Shown in pieces: positions 9,001-16,300 of a stretch of DNA of 41,378 nt. The stretch covers positions 7,449-48,826 of the forward strand of contig MFMU01000009.1 of NCBI GenBank assembly GCA_001781915.1. The letters run 5' to 3'. The position numbers and the translations under genes are program-made. Each line of letters begins with the position of its first letter. Position 1 is the stretch's first letter. Source of the DNA: Candidatus Kaiserbacteria bacterium RIFOXYD1_FULL_47_14 (GTDB lineage: Bacteria; Patescibacteriota; Minisyncoccia; Phycocordibacterales; Phycocordibacteraceae). The notes beneath the pieces were generated by a model. That model was given only the letters and a program-made list of their open reading frames with translations. It was not told the origin of the DNA and made no database searches.

Positions 9001-9097
9001 AAGTTCTGGGTCTCTTGCTTTTGGCTTCGCAAGGAGCATACTTTATATGTGAGGTTTCGATCTCACTGTTGCTCTTTGGTTCAACCAATAACTCAGT

Positions 9098-9102
9098 GGA
9101 GG
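9098..9102 (+). promoter_or_regulatory. Shine-Dalgarno GGAGG, 5 nt before the ATG at 9108
   Basis: The plus strand reads GGAGG tacct ATG. Confidence 0.55.
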
Positions 9103-9107
9103 TACCT

Positions 9108-9872
9108 ATGGCTTCGGTCAGAAATCGCAAGACGCGGGCTCGAGAGACGCTTGACTATGCTCTCGGAAAGGCAAAATATGTTTCTTTCGGTCAATTGTCT
9201 GTATCCGAAAGTAACGAGCTCTTGAGAACCACGCTGCAAGATGTCGATTTAAGGGAACTGCGCGGGTTCAAACTTCTCAAGGATCTTCTGGTTTTTCGAC
9301 CAGGAAGTACCGTTTACGGAGGAGAGACCTCGCACACTCTGGATCTTAAAACCCTCGAGCTAAGTGACACGGTCTCTTTCTTGACTCGTGGATTCGAAGA
9401 AACTCTTCCAGTAGATATGGCCACTCATGTTCTTCGTCTGTATCGCTGGATATGGAACTGGCAGATGACATTCAAACGAAACGAATCGGGAGAAGAAACG
9501 GATGATAAGAAAGTGGCATCATCCTGGGGCAGGTCCGCACACCATCATAAAGGAAGCGGTGAAGTCCTAGCCGTTCGACGGCCTCACAACCACACCAGGG
9601 CGGACGAGAATCTTATCGTAATCAACTTTTGGTATGAAAAGATCCCGTTTGAGGAAAGGCACATCATCACAAGAATCGAAGTGGACGACCTTCCTCTTCA
9701 AAACTTCCGCAAGCATTTCGGCGTGTTATATGCTCAAGCGGCCGTCGAACTCATCGGAGAGCTCAGAAGTGCCTACTCAAGCACTGCGAGCGAACTCAGG
9801 TCCCAGCTTAATTATATTGAACGCAGGACCGCAGAGTTAGAGCGACTTTCCGGGGCAATAACATATCGATAA
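9108..9872 (+). CDS. Hypothetical protein (254 aa, orphan; no motif recognised)
   Basis: An open frame with a strong SD and its own terminator. The track start at 8988 is a GTG inside palindrome C1 and is rejected. The gene lies on the opposite strand to both neighbours (smc, rnc). Confidence 0.6.
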   Translation: MASVRNRKTRARETLDYALGKAKYVSFGQLSVSESNELLRTTLQDVDLRELRGFKLLKDLLVFRPGSTVYGGETSHTLDLKTLELSDTVSFLTRGFEETLPVDMATHVLRLYRWIWNWQMTFKRNESGEETDDKKVASSWGRSAHHHKGSGEVLAVRRPHNHTRADENLIVINFWYEKIPFEERHIITRIEVDDLPLQNFRKHFGVLYAQAAVELIGELRSAYSSTASELRSQLNYIERRTAELERLSGAITYR

Positions 9873-9888
9873 GTAAGATCTTTGTAGC

Positions 9889-9917
9889 AAAAACCACCGG
9901 AGTTTCGGTGGTTTTTT
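9889..9917 (+). terminator. Rho-independent terminator (usable in both directions)
   Basis: The structure is AAAAA CCACCG gagttt CGGTGG TTTTTT: an A-tract, a 6-bp GC stem and a T-tract. It starts 17 nt after the stop of the 9108-9872 ORF. Confidence 0.75.
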
Positions 9918-9929
9918 GTTTTTATGCAC

Positions 9930-9972
9930 TGAGAGGTTAAACCCTTAAGTTGCTGAGGGGTTTAACCTCTCA
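9930..9972. repeat. Palindrome C2 (15-bp perfect outer stem)
   Basis: TGAGAGGTTAAACCC ttaagttgctgag GGGTTTAACCTCTCA. The centre AAGTTGCT is shared with C1. It lies 4 nt downstream of the rnc stop codon. Confidence 0.85.
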
Positions 9973-9975
9973 AAA

Positions 9976-10677
9976 TTACCACTGCATCTTTTTAAGTCCT
10001 GCTTCTGCAGCTGCTTGTTCCGCCTCTTGCTTGCTCTGCCCTTCTCCGCGAGCAATTTCTTCAGTATCAATAAAAACGCCGACCGTAAAATGCCTTGCAT
10101 GGTCAGGCCCTTCTTCAGAAAGCGTTTCGTAGCGCGGCGTCGCACTGCGTTTTTCTTGCGAGGATTCTTGAAAGCGACTCTTCGCATCCTGATATGAACG
10201 CTTCGCGATTACCTCGTCGATCTTCCCGTAGAGATTCTTCGCGATAAATGCTTCAGCACCCGCATAGCCCGCATCAAGATAAATGGCGCCGATAATCGCT
10301 TCAAATGCATCGGCGAGTATCACATCGCGCGCACGGCCAGTGTCCTTCGCTTCGCCTTTTGAAAGCAAGAGGTAGTCATTAATGCCGAGCGCCTGTGCAC
10401 TTTCGGCGAGCGACATCGTGTTCACGAGCGCAGCACGATAGCTGGTCAAATCGCCTTCCGGCTTCGCAGGAAATTTTTTAAAAAGGAAATCGGTAGCGGC
10501 GAGTTCGAGTACGGCGTCGCCGAGAAATTCGAGTCGTTCATTATGACTGCCGGTATAATCGCGATGTTCGTTGAGGTACGAGCGATGCGTCAACGCCTCG
10601 ATGAGGAGGTTGAAATTGTTGAATAAAACGCCGAGTTGTTTTGAAAAAAGTAAGAAATCAGGCATGAGTACTCGCAT
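9976..10677 (-). CDS. rnc: Ribonuclease III
   Basis: The RNase III signature HRSYLNE...NERLEFLGDAVLEL is present, with a C-terminal dsRBD (GPDHARHFTVGVFI...GEGQSKQEAEQAAA). Confidence 0.93.
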   Translation of the reverse strand: MRVLMPDFLLFSKQLGVLFNNFNLLIEALTHRSYLNEHRDYTGSHNERLEFLGDAVLELAATDFLFKKFPAKPEGDLTSYRAALVNTMSLAESAQALGINDYLLLSKGEAKDTGRARDVILADAFEAIIGAIYLDAGYAGAEAFIAKNLYGKIDEVIAKRSYQDAKSRFQESSQEKRSATPRYETLSEEGPDHARHFTVGVFIDTEEIARGEGQSKQEAEQAAAEAGLKKMQW

Positions 10678-11557
10678 TATCTAAGAGTTTTTGCACCGCT
10701 GCGGTGACGATAGGGAGCATATCATCATAGAAATTGAGGTCAATGATGTCCTTCAAGCGGAACCATTTCGCATCATCGAGCCCGCCGCTTTTCTTCAAAA
10801 CGATTGGTTCGAATTCGCAGGAGGCAAGATAAAAGCAAACATGCTTGCGCACCTTCCCTTTTTCCGGATGCGAAGCGACATATTCGTTCTCGCCAATTTG
10901 ACCTTCTACTTTTACATTGAGATTCAACTCTTCTTTAATAACGCGCGCCACGCCCGCTGCGGGCGTGGCGTCTTGTTCAACATGACCTTTGGAGAGTGTC
11001 CATCGGCCGAATACATCATGCACGAGCGCGAGATAATATTGCCCATCATGTTTTGTGTAGACAATCGCGCCGCCCATTCGTTCTATCGGTAATTCTTCGC
11101 GCTTCATCTTCTTTTCTCCTTGTTCATTCTTCCCCGGTTCGCCGAGCTCTTTATAGACCGCTCCGAGAACGCCATTCACAAAACGCCCACTCGAATCGCC
11201 GCCAAATGTTTTCGCGAGTTCGATGGCTTCATTAATAGCAACTTTCGCCGGCACTTGTGCGCGATCAGCAAAAAGGAGTTCGTAGAGTCCAAGACGCAGA
11301 ATGTTTCGATCAATTGGCGCAATGCGCTCGAGCGACCACTCTGGCGCGGCCTTTTCGATAATGAGATCCACATCATTTTTCTTCGCGAGAACGCCGAGTA
11401 GGAGTCGTTCCATAAACGGATGATCAACATCATCACCTCCGAATTCTGCAGTGTTGCGCGCAAGAATTGTGAGGGTGTCCTTTTCGGATGCACCAGTAGT
11501 GTCCCATTCAAAGAGCGTCTGGAGGACAACTGAGCGCGCTAGGTGTCTATTCGCCAT
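10658..11557 (-). CDS. nusB: NusB antitermination factor fused to a C-terminal Nudix-fold domain
   Basis: The N-terminal ~145 aa are NusB-like (RSVVLQTLFEWD..., ILRLGLYELLF...VPAKVAINEAIELAKTFGG...FVNGVLG). The C-terminal ~150 aa have a Nudix fold with a degenerate box GHVEQDATPAAGVARVIKEELNL. The 3' end overlaps the rnc start by 20 nt. Confidence 0.8.
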   Translation of the reverse strand: MANRHLARSVVLQTLFEWDTTGASEKDTLTILARNTAEFGGDDVDHPFMERLLLGVLAKKNDVDLIIEKAAPEWSLERIAPIDRNILRLGLYELLFADRAQVPAKVAINEAIELAKTFGGDSSGRFVNGVLGAVYKELGEPGKNEQGEKKMKREELPIERMGGAIVYTKHDGQYYLALVHDVFGRWTLSKGHVEQDATPAAGVARVIKEELNLNVKVEGQIGENEYVASHPEKGKVRKHVCFYLASCEFEPIVLKKSGGLDDAKWFRLKDIIDLNFYDDMLPIVTAAVQKLLDNASTHA

Positions 11558-11575
11558 GGAAAGATCTATGCGCGT

Positions 11576-11581
11576 AGTATA
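11576..11581 (-). promoter_or_regulatory. -10-like box TATACT, 18 nt before the nusB ATG
   Basis: The minus strand reads TTGCTATACT acgcgcatagatctttcc ATG(11557). Confidence 0.35.
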
Positions 11582-11633
11582 GCAAACCCGCGACCATGCA
11601 ATACGGCCGCGGGGGATTATCCACAGCTATTAT

Positions 11634-11990
11634 TTATACTCCGCCGCCGAAACCGCTGCGCGCTTTTGGGCGACTTGTTGCTCCGATCGCTTTCCCTTGA
11701 ACTCCTTTTGAACTTTTCACTTCTGCATTTGCATGCTCTTCATGCGAGTGTTCATGCACACGCTTTGTTGTTGGCTCGGTATCAGGACCTTTCACTTTGG
11801 AGATTTGTTTTGCCTTTACCTTCGGGGTAAAAATCTGCTTACCGCGATACATACCCGTCGCCTCGTCGAGGCGATGTGGGAGGCGGAGATTTCCGCTCTC
11901 TTTATCCTTCACTATGGTGATGTTCTTGAGCGCGTGATGCGACCGGCGATTGCCGGCGTGACCACTCGTATTGCGCATGCGAATTGACAT
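11634..11990 (-). CDS. rpmF: 50S ribosomal protein L32 with a ~60-aa Lys/His-rich C-terminal extension
   Basis: [42 protein letters not shown] matches the L32 pattern RRSHDAL...D..SGE..L.H......G.YRG. The ORF is 118 aa, whereas typical L32 is about 57-60 aa. Confidence 0.8.
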   Translation of the reverse strand: MSIRMRNTSGHAGNRRSHHALKNITIVKDKESGNLRLPHRLDEATGMYRGKQIFTPKVKAKQISKVKGPDTEPTTKRVHEHSHEEHANAEVKSSKGVQGKAIGATSRPKARSGFGGGV

Positions 11991-11996
11991 GTGAGC

Positions 11997-12002
11997 ACCT
12001 TA
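11997..12002 (-). promoter_or_regulatory. Extended -10-like box TGaTAAGGT, 6 nt before the rpmF ATG
   Basis: The minus strand reads TGATAAGGT gctcac ATG(11990). Confidence 0.3.
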
Positions 12003-12027
12003 TCACGCCGCGTCAAAAAAGAAAAGT

Positions 12028-12057
12028 AAAACCCGCAAGATGTTATCTTGCGGGTTT
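12028..12057 (-). terminator. Rho-independent terminator of the 12043-12600 ORF
   Basis: AAACCCGCAAGA t(g)tt(a) TCTTGCGGGTTT forms a 12-bp stem. On the minus strand it is followed by TTTTACTTTTCTTTTTT. It overlaps the stop codon. Confidence 0.8.
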
Positions 12058-12600
12058 CGAGTATTCCGGGTTAAAAAGTTCAACGATTTTTGTCCCATAT
12101 TGCAGGACAACATCGTGAGTTCGACGGCTCCCATAATCCAGTATTCTCAACTTCCCATTGTGAAAGCAAAAATTACGAGGTTCTTCAAAATGATGTCCAT
12201 CATCGGAGACCTTGCCGTTGGTTAACTCGAGAAGCTGCCACCAGAAACCAGTTTCTTCCAATTGGCATGGTTCATCGAATCGTTGAATGTTCAAAAGACC
12301 AAAGAGCGAAAAGTAGGTTGGTTGGAGGAATGGATTTTTTGTCTTTCGGTAAAACCGAAATTCATTCCAGTTAGCAGATAGGCCTCTGAATAAAAACCAT
12401 CTGAAACTGCTCATATTTTTTGTCGGAAATTCGAGATATCTTTTCAGAATTTTCCATCGCCTTCCTTTCGCGCCACAATGAAAGAACATTTGCCATGAAC
12501 AGCGTGCTGCAAAAAAGAAATGCACGATAGGAAGTTTAACTACTATCCCCAATGATGGAAAAACAAACACTATTCGGTCATTACCTTTTCTGATTTGCAT
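12043..12600 (-). CDS. Hypothetical protein, possibly a minimal protein-kinase-like fold
   Basis: 185 aa. Kinase-like landmarks seen by eye are GIVVKLP (beta3 Lys?), NEFRFY (alphaC Glu?), DDGHHFEEPRNF (catalytic-loop D..N?) and ILDYG (DFG-like). The gene is visibly more AT-rich than its neighbours, with a strong SD and its own terminator. Confidence 0.55.
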   Translation of the reverse strand: MQIRKGNDRIVFVFPSLGIVVKLPIVHFFFAARCSWQMFFHCGAKGRRWKILKRYLEFPTKNMSSFRWFLFRGLSANWNEFRFYRKTKNPFLQPTYFSLFGLLNIQRFDEPCQLEETGFWWQLLELTNGKVSDDGHHFEEPRNFCFHNGKLRILDYGSRRTHDVVLQYGTKIVELFNPEYSKPAR

Positions 12601-12604
12601 GCAA

Positions 12605-12612
12605 CACCTCCT
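12605..12612 (-). promoter_or_regulatory. Shine-Dalgarno AGGAGGTG, 4 nt before the ATG at 12600
   Basis: The minus strand reads AAAGGAGGTG ttgc ATG. Confidence 0.55.
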
Positions 12613-12707
12613 TTATTTTTTGGAACAAATTTAGTCAAGTATCAACTTAACTTCTGCACCATACATTACAGTAAAATACGAAAGAAACAAGACACTCGTG
12701 TATCAAA

Positions 12708-13313
12708 TCAATGCAGAAACGACCGTCGATGGAGGATGCAAGGGCCGTATTTCTCGAGCATTTCGTAGTGTGCCTTGGTGCCGTAGCCCTTATGCTTCTC
12801 GAAGCCATAGAGCGGATACTGTGCAGAAAGTTCGACCATCAGTCGATCGCGGACGACTTTTGCTGCGATGGAAGCGAGTGAGATAATCGGAATAAGTTCG
12901 TCGCCGTTGATGATGGTTTCTTGTGCATATTCGACCGGCGCGCGAAGCGCGCCGTCGAGCAGAATGTGGACACCTGGTGTCAAAAGGCCTGTAGACACCG
13001 GGTGTCCACATTCTTCTGCGAGAGCGTTCACGCCGCGCGCGAGCGCGCGACGCACAGCGAATACGATGCCTTCTGTATCAATAACTTCAGCATTTTCGAG
13101 TTCAACTCTGAAACGAACATCACCCTGAGCGACCCGATCCTCGAGCAAAGCGAAAATCTCTTCCCTCTTCTTTTCAGACAGCTTTTTCGAGTCCGCAACA
13201 CCAATAAATTCTTTTGCCACATCAAAACCCTCTGGCACAGCGACCACCCCAACCGAGACCGGCCCCGCCAAAGGCCCTCGTCCCGCCTCATCGACCCCAA
13301 GAATAAATTGCAT
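12708..13313 (-). CDS. rnhB: Ribonuclease HII
   Basis: MQFILGVDEAGRGPLAGPVSVG is the RNase HII DEAGRG motif. Also present are LLDG..., SIAAKVVRD and GYGT..H. The start at 13313 is supported by a TATACT box 6 nt upstream. The gene contains an in-frame palindrome at 12961-13014. Confidence 0.9.
   Translation of the reverse strand: MQFILGVDEAGRGPLAGPVSVGVVAVPEGFDVAKEFIGVADSKKLSEKKREEIFALLEDRVAQGDVRFRVELENAEVIDTEGIVFAVRRALARGVNALAEECGHPVSTGLLTPGVHILLDGALRAPVEYAQETIINGDELIPIISLASIAAKVVRDRLMVELSAQYPLYGFEKHKGYGTKAHYEMLEKYGPCILHRRSFLH
12961..13014. repeat. 54-nt two-tier palindrome (REPIN-like doublet) in frame inside rnhB
   Basis: The outer arms form a perfect 14-bp pair, AGAATGTGGACACC (12961-12974) with GGTGTCCACATTCT (13001-13014). 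The inner arms form a 6-bp pair, GGTGTC (12976-12981) with GACACC (12994-12999). The right half reads GTAG-ACACCGGGTGT-CCACAT. The element is translated as EECGHPVSTGLLTPGVHIL, and the opposite strand gives the mirror peptide MWTPGV.RP.DT.CPHS (ORFs 12868..13128 and 12790..13011). Confidence 0.85.
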
Positions 13314-13319
13314 GCAGAA

Positions 13320-13325
13320 AGTATA
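13320..13325 (-). promoter_or_regulatory. -10 box TATACT, 6 nt before the rnhB ATG (leaderless-type)
   Basis: The minus strand reads GGGTATACT ttctgc ATG(13313). Confidence 0.5.
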
Positions 13326-13329
13326 CCCG

Positions 13330-13347
13330 AGCACTAAATTTAGTGCT
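13330..13347. promoter_or_regulatory. Perfect 18-nt palindrome AGCACTAAATTTAGTGCT between the divergent rnhB and dnaE -10 boxes (candidate operator)
   Basis: A 9+9 nt perfect dyad centred between the two TATACT boxes (13320-13325 and 13353-13358). Confidence 0.3.
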
Positions 13348-13352
13348 GGGTA

Positions 13353-13358
13353 TATACT
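13353..13358 (+). promoter_or_regulatory. -10 box TATACT, 7 nt before the dnaE ATG (leaderless-type)
   Basis: The plus strand reads GGGTATATACT gaatcat ATG(13366). Confidence 0.5.
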
Positions 13359-13365
13359 GAATCAT

Positions 13366-16300
13366 ATGGCGAGCCGATTCATCCACCTCCACACACACAG
13401 CCACTACTCGTTTCTTCAGGCATTACCGAAGATAGACGAGCTGGTCGAGAAGGCGAAAAAAGAAGGAATGGAAGCAGTTGGACTTACCGATGGAGGCAAT
13501 ATGCACGGCGCCATCGAGTTTTATAAAGCCGCAACGAAAGCGGGAATAAAGCCGATCCTCGGCGTCGATGCCTATCTCGCTCCGCGTTCTCGAAGAGAGC
13601 CCGAACAAAACGCCGATATCAAACGCTCGCGCATCGTTCTCTTAGCCGAAAATAATACGGGCTACAAGAATCTCCTCGCGATCGTGACGAAGTCATGGAC
13701 CGAAGGTTTCTCTGAAAAACCGCGTGTCGACAAAGAACTTCTGCGCGAATACCATACCGGCGTCATCGCACTCATTCCTTCTTTCGCTGGTGACATTGCT
13801 CAATGCCTGCGCGCAGGCGACACAAACGGTGCTGCAGCTGCGCTCGCAGAATTTAAAGATATTTTCGGCGCCGATAATGTCTTTCTCGAGATTACGCACC
13901 ATCCGAAAGTCGAAGGGCACGAGGCACTGATGCAGAAAATAATCGCCCTTGCCCGTCAAAATAGTACTCCTCTTGTCGCACAGAACGATGTCTATTATCT
14001 CGACCCGAGCGACCGAGAAGCAACCGAGATTATGCGCCGTATCCAGCACGGCGGGCGCGGAAGGAATGAAGATGAGGACTTCTCTTTCATCAGCGAGAAG
14101 ACCGCTGAAAAATTATTCAAAGATACACCTGAAGCCATCGATAATTCCAAACTGATTGCCGACCGATGCAATCTCTCTTTTGATCTTGGGAAATGGACAT
14201 TCCCTGCCGTTCCTGTCTCGCCGGGCTTCAAAAATCATGACGAAGAACTGCGCGCAAAATCTTACGCTGGTATCGCCACGCGCCATCTCGAAGAAACAAA
14301 AGAAGTCACTGACCGTATTGATTACGAACTGAACATTATCAACAACAAGGGCTTCGCCGTATATTACCTCATCGTCGCCGACCTTCTCGCCTTTGCGCGG
14401 CGCGCTGGCATCTTCACCACCACTCGCGGCTCAGCAGCCGGCTCCTTAGTTGCGTATCTCGTCGGTATTACCAATGTGAATCCACTTTTTTATAAACTTC
14501 CATTCGAACGATTTTTGAATCCTGAACGACCGAAAGCGCCAGATATCGATATGGATATGGCTGATAATCGCCGCGATGAAATGATCGCCTACACGAAGCA
14601 AAAATATGGCGAAGACCATGTCGCACAAATCGGCACCTTCGGCACTATGATGGCACGCGCCGCAGTGCGCGATGTGGCGCGCGCACTTGGCCACTCCTAC
14701 ACCACCGGCGACCGCATCGCAAAACTTATTCCTATCGGCTCACAGGGATTTCCAATGACTATCGATCGCGCACTCGAGCTCGAGCCGGATCTGAAATCTC
14801 TCTATGACGAAGATGATGAATCGCGCGAAGTCATCGACCTCGCGAAACGCATCGAGGGCTGTGTACGACATGTCGGTGTACACGCGGCAGGCGTCGTGGT
14901 TTCGCCGACGCCACTTATCGAATGGACGCCGATTCAGCCCGACCCGAAGGGCACCGGCAAACTTATTACACAATACGACATGTATTCAATCACCGACGAA
15001 TATGGAGGCGTCGGGCTCTTGAAATTCGACTTTCTCGGTATAAAAAATCTCGCTATACTCGCTGATGCGGTTTCGTGCGTGAAGCAAACGCAGCATGTGG
15101 TCGTGGATATCGAGAATGTCCCTATAAATGATACGAAAACATTCGAAATGCTCGCACGCGGAGAGACCGAAGGAGTTTTCCAATTAAACGGTTCAGGCAT
15201 GACGCGCTGGCTAAAGGAACTGCGCCCGACAACTATTCACGATATCAATGCGATGGTAGCTCTCTATCGTCCTGGACCGATGGAAACTATTCCGCAATAC
15301 ATTGAAAGAAAACATAATCCGAAACTTATTCGTTTCGTTGATTCGCGCATGAAGAGCTATCTCGACTTTTCGTACGGCCTCTTGGTTTACCAGGATGATG
15401 TGCTTCTCACTGCAATAAAACTCGGCGGGTATTCATGGCTTGAAGCAGATGCGCTCCGCAAAGCGATGGGCAAAAAAATTCCCGCAGTTATGCAAGCAGA
15501 AAAACAAAAGCTGACGAGAGGATTTATCGGATATGGAAAGCTTTCAGAAGACACTGCTCAAAAACTTTGGCAACTCATCGAACCATTCGCAGCATACGGT
15601 TTTAATAAAGCCCACGCTGCCAGTTACGGGAAAGTCGCCTACCAGACCGCGTATATGAAGGCGAATTATCCGGTCGAGTATCTCGCTGCCCTTCTTACTG
15701 CCGACTCGGGCGATACTGAGCAAATCGCTATTTTTGTCGCCGAAGCGAAGCGTATGAATGTCCTCGTATTGCCGCCGGATGTGAACGAGAGCGGTAGTAA
15801 TTTCACTGTAGTGCATATAGAAACGGGAGGAGAGGGAATTCGATTTGGACTTTCATCTATCAAAAACTTTGGCGATGGAATCTCTGAAGCCATTATTTCT
15901 GAGCGCAAGAATCATGGTGTTTTCAAAACACTTTCTGATTTCCTCTCGCGCATCGGAACAAAGAATCTTAACCGCCGATCGCTCGAATCGCTTATTAAAT
16001 GCGGCGCACTCGATTCTCTCACGCCTCCAGAAAACGGTCGCGGCACCCTGCTCGAAAATATTGAGACGATGCTCTCTTTCCATCGTGAATCGACCGCGAC
16101 AGCGCCTCAGGATTCTCTTTTCGGCGCTCTTATCGCACCGCCGCCACTCGTACTTCCTCCTGGCAAGCACAGCTCGCTTCTCGACAAACTCTCATGGGAA
16201 AAAGAACTGCTCGGCATTTATGTAAGCGGTCATCCGCTCGATGCGCACGCAGCGATAACCGCGAAAGCGAAACTTTCTATCGCAAAAATCAAAGAAAATC

